A stretch of 64,000 nt of DNA from Torpedo marmorata (taxonomy: Eukaryota), in the NCBI GenBank assembly GCA_977017645.1, contig OZ360223.1, positions 138,694,001 through 138,758,000 of the forward strand, in the 5' to 3' direction. Of this stretch, positions 1-10,651 are shown piece after piece. The position numbers and the translations under genes were made by a program. The stretch's first letter is position 1, and each line of letters starts with the position of its first letter. The notes beneath the pieces were generated by a model, which saw only the letters and a list, made by a program, of their open reading frames with translations, searched no databases and was not told the origin of the DNA.

Positions 1-869
1 GCACTTGACCTTTTGTGGTTCATATTGCAGTACTGAACTTTTGTGAACACTTACCTTTTATAGCATCAGCCACCCTGAGGTCCACTTCTCTTTGAAATCA
101 AGTTCTCTGTAAACACTGAAATGATTAGTATCTTGCCGGGTTTGTGGTTTGTTTTTTTTTTGCTGGAGGCCATTCAGTGAATAGCACTTCTGAACATGCA
201 AGCTGACAATATGCTTCTGTTAAGTCTAATGTTATTACCTGACGAGCCAAATTTTAACATTACAGGACTTTAACATTATAGGACTTTAATTACAGAGGAA
301 AAATTTCTACACGATCATTTGCAAATATGTTCAGACTGTCTTGAAGGCATTTGCCATAAAAATACATTTGCTTTTCCTGTTTTTACTTTCCAGACTAGCC
401 AATCAGGGTCACACACACAGTTGGAGAAACCTGACATGTTATAGTGAACACCGGCACTGTTGTTGCAGGTTCAGAGCATCAGGGCCATGCTGTTATTTTT
501 GAAGTTTCCACAAGCCTCATCAGTTTCATTATTTCATTCCTCTTATCATCTCAGTTCTTCTTGGGGATGAGAATGTGATCATAGTGTGTGTGTGTGATAT
601 GACAAATTTAACCGTGACATTGCTAGATGGATCACAGCTACAGAGACATCCAGAGGGATGTGTCCCACTGTCTAGAATGTTGGCAGGGATCAGTCCTGCT
701 GGGTAAAAAAAAAACTGCTGAAGTTGAACACTGCACAAGGACACCTTGTGCCCTTAAATTCTCCTTTGTTGGATATATCAAAATGGCAAATATAGTTTAC
801 CACATTGGGTAAACTACTACAGGTTTGGGCACAGAGGTTTATGCCACTGAGCAAACCGATTGAAACTCT

Positions 870-2172
870 GGTCCTGCTCTTCTTGGTCATTTAACTACAA
901 GAAAAATATCAATAAGATTAAAAGCGTGCAGGAAAGATTTGCCAGGACTTGAAGAGCTAAGTTACAGGGAAAGGTTAAATAGGTTAGGACTTTATTCCTT
1001 GGAGTGTCAGAGAATGAGGGGAGATTTGATACAGGTATACAAAATTATGAGGGGTATTGATGGAGTAAATGCAAGCAGGCGTTTTCCACTGAGGCAAGAT
1101 GAGACAAGAACTAGAGGACATGGGTTTAGGATGAAAGGTGAAATGCTTAAAGGGAAATTGGGGGAAACTTCTTCATGTTGATAGAGAGTGGTGAGAGTGT
1201 GGAACAAGCTGCCAGCTGAAGTGGTGAATGCGGGCTTAATTTTGACATTGAAGAAAAAATTGCTCAAGTTCATGAATGGGAGGAGTATGGAGGGCTATGG
1301 TCCTTGTGCAACTCAATGGGACTAGGCAGAATAATACTATACAACAAAGATTTTGTGTCCTGAACACATTTGGGTGTATTTTATGGATTTTGGGCTGCTG
1401 ATCACAAAAATCACCGTAACATTTTCCTATCACATACCATTTTTTAGATATATTTTTGTGATTTCCTGTCATATTTTAAGTCTACCAGTATATTGCCCAC
1501 AAAGCAAGCTGTTTTGGTCAGTCCAAGCATGCCTGGGCATGCACTCAGTGCAGGTGCTATGCAAATGTTGTCTTAGGCCTGGGCATGCTTGGAAGGCATT
1601 TAAAGATGTTGTTGAGAATTTTCTTGGCAACTACAGAGCACCAAAATTCATCCAGCTGATTAACAACATGCTTCAAGCATACAAAACCATGAAGTGTAAC
1701 ATATCATTGAAAATTCATTTTCTGCATTCGCAATTGGACTTCTTCCCTGCTGATCTTGGTGCAGTCAGTGACGGACCTGGTGCACCAGGACATTGCGACC
1801 ATGGAAATGCAGTGTCAGGGCAACTAAAATCCATCAATGCTGACCGACTATTGTTGGACACTGACATGAGAGGCATCAGATGCTGAGTACAAACGAAAAT
1901 CACCGGCAAAACATTTTTAGGTCAGTTGAACTAACGCAATGTGTCAGCATCATTATGCAATTAAACATGCTAAATTCAATAAAAGTTAATTTAATGTTTC
2001 TCCAACTTCCTATGTGATACAGCAAATTTGAAATGATCTTTGTGTTCAGCTTGAAGTTGTCTATCATAATCCCCAATTTATTTTCAGGAAGCAAACCTTT
2101 TGAAAAAATTGTTGTCCAGTGTAATAGTTTGGCACAGACTAGATGGGCCGAGGGCCTGATTTTGTGCTGTTC
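870..2172 (+). mobile_element. CR1 LINE 3' fragment, interrupted by a DNA transposon at 1335-2121
   Basis: ORF 939-1181 ([33 protein letters not shown]) is the typical CR1 ORF2 C-terminus; the 3' tail resumes at 2122 and matches the intact tail at 38991-39060. Confidence 0.9.
1335..2121 (+). mobile_element. Internally deleted Chapaev3-like (CMC superfamily) DNA transposon
   Basis: Imperfect TIRs tACTATACAACAA / TTGTTGTCCAGTG; TAA duplicated at 1332-1334 and 2122-2124; transposase remnant AWKAFKDVVENFLGNY..SLKIHFLHSQLDFFPADLGAVSD. Family name from motif recall. Confidence 0.7.
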
Positions 2173-2509
2173 TATAGTTATAAACAGGCAGTCATTATGT
2201 CACCCAAACATGCAGCAGTAACCCTAAAAAAAACCTGAATTCAATCAACTACAATTCTTTCATGGAGTCAGAGATACAGCATGGAATCAAGCCTTTCAGC
2301 CCACTGAATCCATTTATTCTAATCTTATAATACAGTAATCCTATTTTTAAGATGTGTTATTCTTTGGAAGGTGGAGAAGAGGCACATTCCTTGGATCAGA
2401 TATTTCAAGGCATGCCAGCTCCATTGATTGAGTGTATTCCATAAATATCAGAGCAGTCATCCAGGACCATCAATTGAAATGGTACTCGCTCCTGCTGGGA
2501 AACACATAA

Positions 2510-3400
2510 GTAGAAAGTAGGAGCCACCAGCAGGCCATTCAGTCCTTTGAGCCTGCTCTGCCATTCAGTATGATTCTGGTTCAGTCTCAATACCATGTTC
2601 CTGCACTTTTCCCATGCCCCTCTGTGCCTTTTGCATCTAGAAATCTACCTCTCTTGAATATATTAAGCAACTTGGTCTCTATAGCTCTCTGTGGTGACAA
2701 ATTCCTTCAATTCGCCATCCTCTGAGTGAAAAAAATATTCCTCAATCTCTTGCACTGTAAATAGAGACTGTGACCCCTCAGTCTAGCCACCCCAGGCAAA
2801 GAAAACGCCCTCTGCACGTCCAGTTTGTCTTGCTCTGTCAGAATTTTGTAAGTTTCAATGACATCTCTTCTCGTTCTAAGTTCTAGTGAATATAAACCTT
2901 AATCTTTCTTCATCCCATCATCCCAAGAATCAGAGCAGTTACCCTTTGCTACACTCCCTTTGTGGCAAGAGTCGGTAAGGAGACCAAAGCTCCAAGCATC
3001 TGCAGACTTTCCTGTTTAACAACATATTCCAGGCATGGTCTCACCAAGGTCTTATATAATTACAGCAAGAGATCCTTGCTCCTGTACTCAAATTCTCTTG
3101 CTATGAAGGCCACCTATCAGCTGCACCCATAGACCAGTCACTAAAAGCAAACATACAAGGATGCCCACGTCTTGAAAATCTTGCTCATTCAACAAAAGAA
3201 GATGTTTCTTAGATTCTCCATACTGCTACTGAATGAATAGAATAATATAGAACAGGAATGGACATTTCAACCCACAAATACAATGTCAAATTAACCCAAA
3301 TCTCATCTGCCTGCACATGATCCTTAGCCTTCCATTCCCTGCATGTTTACACATCTATTTAACAGCCTCTTAAACACTATTATCATATCTGCTTCCAGCA
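2510..3400 (-). mobile_element. Degraded CR1 LINE 3' fragments
   Basis: Reverse-complement CR1 tail (catAAGtAGaAAGTAGGAGC..GGCCATTCAG) followed by ORF2 remnants similar to 6055-6975. Confidence 0.7.
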
Positions 3401-3502
3401 CTACACAATAATCTTCACAAAGGATGGAACCTTTGTGATTCAGCTATGCAGTCAGATCAATCTGTGCTTGCAAAATTTATTTAAAAAAATAAAACCTTTA
3501 TA

Positions 3503-4985
3503 GATTACAGATTTTATTAAAGGGTATTTGTATACATTTTGGTTTGACCATGTAGAAATTACAGCACTTTTTATACAATATTTGGGACATAGCAATGGTA
3601 TGGATATTAAAGTAGTCATGTTTAGTACTTTGTTGCATATCCCTTACATGCAATGACTGCTTGAAGTCTGTGATTCATAGACATCACCAGGTGCTGAGTA
3701 TCTTCTCTGGTGATGCTCTGCCAGGCCTCTACTACAGCCATCTTCAGTTCCTGCTTGTTTCGGGGGCTTGACCCCTTACGTTTTCTCTTCAGCATATGGA
3801 AGGCATGCTCAATTGGATTTAGATCAGGTGACTGACTTGGCCATTCAAGAATTTTCCAGTGTTTAGCTTTGAAGAACTCCCTTGTTGCTTTAGCAGTATG
3901 TTTGGGATCATTGTCTTGCTATAGGATGAAGCGCCATCCAATAAATTTGGAGGCATTTGCTCAAACTTGAGTGGATAAGATGTTTCTATACACCTCAGAA
4001 TTCATTTTGGTACTGCCATCAGAAGTTACATCATCAATGAAGATAAGTGCTCCAGTACCTGTGGCAGCCATACATGCCCAGGCCATAACACCCCCACCAC
4101 CATGTTTCACAGATGAGGTGGTATGTTTTGGATCTTGGGCAGCTCCTTTACGCTCTTTACTCTTGCCATCACTCTGATACAGATTATTCTTGGTCTCATC
4201 TGTCCACAAGACCCTTTTCCAGAATTCTGCAGGCTCTTTTAAATACCTTGGCAAACTGTAATCTGGCCATCCTGTTTCTGTGGCTAACTAGTGGTTTGCA
4301 TCTTGCAGTGTAGCCTCTGTATTTCTGTTCATGAAGTCTTTTGCGGATAGTAGTCATTGACACATCCACACCTGCCTCCTGAAGAGTGTTTCTGATCTGT
4401 CGGACAGGAATTTGGGGATTTTTCTTCATTATGATGAGAATTCTTCTGTCATCAGCAGTGGAGGTCTTCCTTGGCCTACCAGTCCCTTTGCGATTACTGA
4501 GCTCACCAGAACACCTTTCTTCTTAATGATGTTCCAAACAGTTGATTTTGTAATCCTAAGGTTTGGGCGATGTCTCTTACTGTTTTATTCTTGTTTTTCA
4601 GCCTCATAATGGCTTATTTGACTTTCATTGCACAACTGTGGTCCTCATGTTGAAAAATGGCAACTACAGACTCCAAAGGTGATCAAAAGCTTAGAAGCAA
4701 GCCTAGCTCTCTTACACCTGCACCAATGAAGCAATTAAACATACCTGAGTAATCACAAACAGCCAGATGTCCCAAACATGATGGTGCCCTGAAATGAGGG
4801 AACTATGTATAAAAAGTGCTGTAATGTCTACATGGTCAGAGCAAAATGTATACAAATAACCTTGAATAAAATCTGGAATGTGCACTTTAATCACGTGAAT
4901 TGTTTGATTACAAATTTAAAACTATGGAGCACATGGGCAAATAAAGAAAAAAATGTATCTTTCCCAAACATTATGGAGGGCCCTA
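3503..4985 (-). mobile_element. Tc1-family (IR/DR type) transposon with frameshifted transposase
   Basis: ORFs 4196-4429 and 3961-4254 encode KPLVS..R..RLQFAK, WKRVLWTDETK and KHGGG.VM.W; 3503-3590 is the inverted copy of 4777-4880; the right TIR has two TCCCAAACA(T/G)ATGG direct repeats and ends in TA; the left TIR is truncated. Confidence 0.9.
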
Positions 4986-5322
4986 TATTTGATGTAGTGA
5001 CTGGTCTGGTGTGCACAAGAAAGGAAGACTTTGATTTCATTGAGTCTTCTCTGGCCCTCAGATGTTCAGAAACATTTTACAGTCGGGATATGGAATACAT
5101 CCAGGAAAAGGGATATAACGTCAAACATCAGGCATGAACTGAATGAGGGATGGAATCGATGCAAGGAGTAGATGCAATGGCCATCTTCTGCATCTTCCTT
5201 GTTGTAAATATGCAATCCAACTTTTGTACAGCAGGTTCCAACAGCAGTGTGATAATAACCAAGTCATCTGTTTCTGAGGTGGTGATCAAGGATTGAAACT
5301 GGCTCGGACACACAGATCATTT

Positions 5323-5578
5323 GGGCGGCAGGGTTGGCGTAGTGATTAGCGCAATGCCTTTACAGCGCCAGCGATCGGGACCGGGGTTCGAATCCCACGC
5401 TGTCTGTAAGGAGTTGGTACGTTCTCCCCGTGTCTGTGTGAGTTTTACCCGGGGGCTCCAGTTTCCTCCTACCGTTCAAAATGTACCGGGGGGTTGTAGG
5501 TTAATTGGTTGTAAATTGGGCGGCATGGACTCGTGGGCCGAAATGGCCTGTTATCGTGCTGTATGTCTAAATTAAATT
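5323..5578 (+). mobile_element. tRNA-derived V-domain SINE (HE1-like)
   Basis: Pol III A/B boxes (TGGCGTAGTG..GGTTCGAATCC), V-domain core GTTCTCCCCGTGTCTG.GTG, CR1-like tail; related copies at 7969, 12361, 33323, 35546, 61260. Confidence 0.85.
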
Positions 5579-5639
5579 ACTTCAGCATGTAGCTATGTTC
5601 TCCTTAAGCAGCACAGGGGACTTCTATTTAGCATTGTAT

Positions 5640-5770
5640 TCAAAGATTGGCACTTCTGACCGTTCAGTACCCCCTCGATGCTGTTCGGGAGGATCCATCT
5701 GGATTTTAGTGCTCAAACCTGACATTTAAATCTACAACCTTGTGACTCAGAGGTAGGGCCACAGCCAAAG
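5640..5770 (-). mobile_element. Old LF-SINE-like fragment
   Basis: GATTTT.GTGCTCAA..ACAACCTT.TGACTCAGAGG resembles the reverse complement of the LF-SINE head as recalled; diverged. Confidence 0.45.
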
Positions 5771-6054
5771 GTCACAGGTTAGAGGGACTGTTTCTGGGTT
5801 GTGTAACTCTGGCCTGTCATGTAAAATAGCAGATATTATTTTCCAACGTCACATGCTGTACTCTACTCCATTTGAAGAAGTTGAGCTGTTCAATTTAGAC
5901 AAAATATGAACTTGAATCAAGATCTCCGCTGTTATTTTCATATTCATCCATTTGATTGCTTTGTTGCTTTATATGACTAAATCAAGTGATGCTAACAAGC
6001 CATTGAAAGGGAGGAGAAGTATTTGGGATGGGTTTGAGAAGCTCAAGTACACGT

Positions 6055-6975
6055 GTAAATTGAGTGGAAAAACAAATTGTGCAGAGGATACAGAGAGTCT
6101 GCAGAGAGATATAGACAGGTTAAGTCAGTGGGCAAGGGTCTGGCAGATGGAGTACAATGTTGGTAATTGTGAGGTTATCCACTGGAAGGAAAAATGAAAG
6201 ATCAGAGTACTATTTGAATGGCAAGTGACTGCAGCATGATGCTGTGCAGAAGAACTTGGGAGTGCTTGTGCATGCATCGCAAAAGGTTGGTTTGCAGGTG
6301 CAGCAGGCTATCAAGAAGGCAAATGGAATGTTGGCCATTGCTTGAGGGATTGAATTTAGGAGCAGGGAGGTTATGCTGCAACTGTACAAGGTACTGGTGA
6401 GGCCACATCTGGAGTACTGCGTGCAGTTCTGGTCTCCTTACTTGAGGAAGGATATACTGGCTTTGGAGGCGGTGCAGCGGAGGTTCACCAGGTTGATTCC
6501 AGAGATGAAGGGGTTAGCCTATGAGGAGAGATTGAGTTGTCTGGGACTGTACTCGCTGGAATTTAGAAGAATGGTAGGGGATCTTATAAATACATAAAAT
6601 TATGAATGGCATAGATAAGATAGAGGTAGGTAAGTTGTTTCCATTGGTGGGGAGACTAGAACTCGGAGATATAGCCTCAAGATTCAGGGTAATAAATTTG
6701 GGCAGAGATGAGGAGGAACTGCTTTTCCCAGAAGGTGGTGAATCTGTGCAACTCACTGCCAATTGAAGCAGTGGAGGCTACCTCAGTAAATATATTTAAG
6801 AAAAGGTTGGATAGATTTTTACATAGTAAGGGAATTAAGGGATATGGGGAAAAGGCAGAAAGGTGGAGATGAGCCTGTCATCAGATCAGCAATGATCTCA
6901 TTGGATGGCAGAGCAGGCTTGACGGGCCGGATGGCCTACTCCTGCTCCTATTTCTTATGTTCTTATATTCTTATG
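6055..6975 (+). mobile_element. CR1 LINE 3' portion
   Basis: LQRDIDRLSQWARVWQMEYNV and [33 protein letters not shown]; ends in a (TTCTTATG)n-type tail. Confidence 0.95.
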
Positions 6976-7204
6976 TACAGGTGAAATATATATTAACTCA
7001 TAGCTGTCCAGAATTAATTCCATTCAGTACACTGTTCCCATTCCATCGATACAACAGCCAAATCCCATTTCCCAAGTTTTGGTTTTTCACCTGCCAAGCA
7101 CTTTTGTTTTAAAATGTGGTTTAGGTTTCTGTTTCACAATATCCAGTCAGTTAGCGAGTTCCAAAGCTCCACCACATTCTGGGTGAAAATATGTCTGCAT
7201 TTGT

Positions 7205-7680
7205 CCTCATATTGACGAACTTCTGCTTCCACTCCACTCGCTCTCTCCTGAGCAGAAGGTAAAGCCATGGGTACTTCCATAGGCATCAAGCTATTTGTTG
7301 GATACACAGAACAATCCAACTTGGCCTAACTCCCCCACCTCATTTCCCTGGTACACCGACTTCCCCGGTGCTGCTTCCTGCACTCACATAGAACTTGGGA
7401 ATTTCATCACATTTTCTGTAATTTCCAACCTGCTCTCACCTTCAGTTGCTTCGCCTCTGACTCCTCCTTCCTGAATCTCTCCATTGCCATCTCAGGGGAT
7501 AGGCTAGCCACAAACATCCTTAACAAGCCCATGGACAACCGTGAGCTATGTTGAATTGTACTTCCTCTGACCCCACCTTCCACAAGGACTCCATCCCATT
7601 CTCCCAGTTCCTCCATCTTTCTCAAACCTGCTCCAACAATGAGATGTTTCACAAAGGAGCTTCTGAAATATCTTCTTGGA
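7205..7680 (+). mobile_element. Degraded Penelope-like RT fragment
   Basis: Similar to 56020-56520 (GCCATGGGTAC, AAGGACTCCATCCCATTCTCCCAGTT). Confidence 0.7.
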
Positions 7681-7968
7681 TCTTACAGGCCTTTATTTCA
7701 CTGGCATGCACCACACACTTTACTACTATCCAAATTACACCAATCCTTTAACCTCATCCACCTTCCTTGTTTTGGGCGCAGGAGAACTGTAGCATTTGAT
7801 GTGCCCACAACAAATCTGACGTGATCAACCTTAATTTTGCCGAGTGTTCTTCAGACTGGCTTTGCTTAGAATTTGGCCACCATTACTGTTAGAACATGCT
7901 CGCCCACAGTTAGTACTAAGGAATCTTTCACCCAGTGAAGGGGCAGTGGGTGGGGTGTATCCACACCC

Positions 7969-8250
7969 CAGGCACAGTGGCACAGCTGGTTGACCTTCAA
8001 TTCCAGCAACCCTGGCTCAATCCTGACCACAGGACCTGGCTGTGTGGCTTTGCCCCCACCCCTTCTCCCACTCCCAAAGACGTGCAGGTTGCTGGGTTAA
8101 TTGACTACTGTAAATGTGTGTGTAGGTGAGTGGTAGCATGTGGTGGAACTTCATGGGGATATGGGGAGAATAAAATGGGATTAGTGTAAATGGGAGCCTG
8201 ATGGTCAGTTTGGGCCTATGGGGCGAAGGCACTACTCCGATGCTGTATGA
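7969..8250 (+). mobile_element. Old V-domain SINE
   Basis: GGCACAGTGGCACAGCTGG head, CCCAAAGACGTGCAGGTT core, GGGCGAAGG tail. Confidence 0.7.
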
Positions 8251-8607
8251 CTACATAGTCACGGCCAAATGTGAACAGAACGTGTGTTTCATCTGTCGCT
8301 TCAGGAAAATTAATTAAAACTAAGTTAAATTCAGAACTTGACTGAAATTTCCGCTGAATTGCTCAGCATTTAAATTAACAATTCAATCAACTAAATGTAA
8401 TTAACCTACTTACCTTCGCAGACGTTCCCGTGCGTTCAAACTGTTTCTGGGGCGGATTACCCAACGCCGACGCTTCGAAAGTTGGCATCTTATAATTTTC
8501 CCGAACCGCCTGCAGTGTAGGCATTCCGAGACCGATTCGGATCATGATGTGTATTGTGCACGGTAATTTTCTTAGTATATTGTGTACAGTATTTTTTTTT
8601 AGTGCTG

Positions 8608-8930
8608 CTTGCTCTCTCCCGCGGCCCGCTGTCCCGGCGGTCCACTGCCTCCTCTCTCCCGCGGCCCGCTGTCCCGGCGGTCCACTGCCTGCTCTCTCCC
8701 GCGGCCCGCTGTCCCGGCGGTCCACTGCCTGCTCTCTCCCGCGGTCCGCTGTCCCGGCGGTCCACTGCCTGCTCTCTCCCGCGGTCCGCTGTCCCGGCGG
8801 TCCACTGTCCCGGCGGTCCACTGCCTCCTCTCTCCCGCGGCCCGCTGTCCCGGCGGTCCACTGCCTCCTCTCTCCCGCGGCCCGTTGTCCCGCTCGGTCC
8901 CCCTCTGTCCCGGCTGTCCACTGCCTGCTC
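8608..8930. repeat. GC-rich minisatellite, 40-41 bp unit, about 7-8 copies
   Basis: Unit GCTCTCTCCCGCGGCCCGCTGTCCCGGCGGTCCACTGCCT read directly; explains the six overlapping spurious ORFs. Confidence 0.95.
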
Positions 8931-9001
8931 TCTGTTGCTGTGGGCCACTAAGTCTAACCCTAACACGAACCTGAACCAAGCCCATTTTAATTTGTAGTGA
9001 A

Positions 9002-9041
9002 AAACTTTGATGAAGGGCTCAAGCCCGAAACGTCGGTTATG
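9002..9041 (+). ncRNA. Minimal type-I hammerhead ribozyme-like motif
   Basis: TTGATGA-A-GGGC TCAA GCCC-GAAA-CGTC-GGTTATG; predicted cut after C9034; core has U instead of C at position 3. Confidence 0.6.
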
Positions 9042-9150
9042 TATTTCTACCTTTGCTACATAAAAGACACTGTTTGACCTGCTGAGTTTCTCCAGCATTT
9101 GTGTTTTTTTACTTCACCCACGATGTCTACAGATTTTCGTGTTTTACAAC
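9002..9150 (+). mobile_element. Short Penelope-derived insertion (terminal-repeat segment) with 15-bp TSD
   Basis: TTAATTTGTAGTGAA at 8987-9001 and 9151-9165; interior nearly identical to 39541-39650 and 57121-57228. Confidence 0.85.
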
Positions 9151-9364
9151 TTAATTTGTAGTGAAGCAGGACCGGTGAGAACAAAGGCAGAGTATTTGTT
9201 TTTATTCTATTTTATCTCAGACTTACAGCATCTGTAGCTTTAATTTGCTTTTCAATGCACGGGAGATAAGCGCAGCGCTGGTTAAAGGTTATCGAGCAGG
9301 AATGTTAACTCCATAGATGCTGCTCGACCTGTTGAATGCTTTCAGCATCTTCTATGTTTTTTGT

Positions 9365-10050
9365 TGTGCGTGGTTCTGGTCGCCCTACAATAGGAAGGAT
9401 GACATTAAACTGGAAAGGGTGCAAAAACAAGCGTCGAGAAATAATGTTACCAGGCCTGGCGTCCTCAGGAGAGACAAGATAAGACGGGAATTTTCTCCCT
9501 GAATGTAAGACGCTGAGGGACGACCTCACGAAGGTTGATAAAATAATAAGGGGCATAGATCAGGTGAATGATCGCAGTCTTTTTCCCAGGATAGAGAAGT
9601 TTAAAATAAGAGGCACATATTTAAGATGAGTGGGATCCGAGGAAGTGATAGAGGCAATTGTAACGTTTACAATACACAGACAGGTACAGGGATAGGAAGG
9701 GTTGAGAGCGATATGGGCACAACGCAGGCGAACAGGATTGACATCTTGAGCAAACGAAGTATTGTACTCAGCAGGTCAGGCAGCATCCTGGGTAGAAATG
9801 GCCAGTCAACATTTTGGATCTCGACCTTTTATCGAAACTAGAAAAGCAGGTGAAATTACGTATATAAAGGAGAAGAACCCAGGGTTCTCAATGAAGGGTC
9901 CTGATTCGAAGTGTTGACTGACCATTTCTACCCATTAATGCCGTCTGACCGGTTGAGTTATTCCACCATCTGCAGACTTTTGTTTTTCTCGGATAGACAG
10001 CTTGTTCGGCGAGAACGAGTTGAACCGAAGGACCTATTTTAGTGCTTTAA
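9365..10050 (+). mobile_element. Degraded CR1 3' fragment interrupted by a short palindromic Penelope-derived repeat (about 9755-9990)
   Basis: FWSPYNRKDDIKLERVQK; inverted CAGCAGGTCAGGCAGCAT / ATGCCGTCTGACCGGTTG arms. Confidence 0.7.
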
Positions 10051-10152
10051 AACGCTATGATTCTAAAAGGGTGTTGGGCAGTGAGTGACCCAGTGTGTTC
10101 GCTGAGCTATCCATCCCGACAGACATCAGTGGAGTCCGCCCCTCTGGGACGC

Positions 10153-10160
10153 TATATAAA
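10153..10160 (+). promoter_or_regulatory. TATA box of myocilin
   Basis: TATATAAA 60 nt upstream of the ATG at 10213. Confidence 0.8.
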
Positions 10161-10212
10161 TACCCTGCACTCTCCACTCCTGTCCCCACAGCACTGCTCG
10201 CCGTCAGTCGAC

Positions 10213-10651
10213 ATGAACGCCGCCGCCTCTCTGCTCACTTTCGCCGCCTCCTTCCTGGCATCCACCGGCCAGCAGCCAACCTTCTCACGCAGTTCCAGCC
10301 GGGACGGGCGATGCATTTACTCCTTCACCGTGCCCAGCCCGGTCGAGGCGAGCTGCTCCGAGCCGGGAGAGGCTCTAAACGCCATCCGAGAGTTCCGTAG
10401 AGAAAGGGTTACCCAGCAGAGAGAGATGGAGTCCATGGGGCAGCGGCTGAGGGTCCTGGAGGACTGGGTGGCTAGACAAGGAGGTGCGGCTGGCCAGGGA
10501 GCCCGGAGCGATGTCAGGAGGCTACAGTCGGAGAAGTTGGACTTACTCAGGAGGCTGCAGCGCGTCGAACAGGAGAACGTCCGCCTCCGGGACGGCCAAT
10601 GTCCTGGCCTGCGAGAAACTCCCCAGGATTCTCATCAGATCGCCCGCGGAG
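10213..10651 (+). CDS. MYOC: Myocilin exon 1 (signal peptide, Cys pair, coiled coil)
   Basis: MNAAASLLTFAASFLASTG..GRCIYSFTVPSPVEASC..RLRDGQCP aligns with human GRCQYTFSVASPNESSC..RLRRGQCP; donor GAG|GTAGGA, phase 1. Confidence 0.92.

Noticed and set aside
1-870. Possible 3' UTR of the neighbouring gene (VAMP4 by human synteny)
   Set aside because: No coding exon or convincing polyA signal is visible; synteny alone is insufficient
5323-5400. tRNA gene
   Set aside because: A and B boxes belong to a SINE head; no full cloverleaf, and it continues into a V-domain core
8608-8930. CRISPR-like periodicity
   Set aside because: Head-to-tail repeats without unique spacers, eukaryotic context, no cas genes; the same applies to 34636-34775
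8387-9098. Six overlapping ORFs of 120-200 aa
   Set aside because: Produced by a stop-free GC-rich minisatellite
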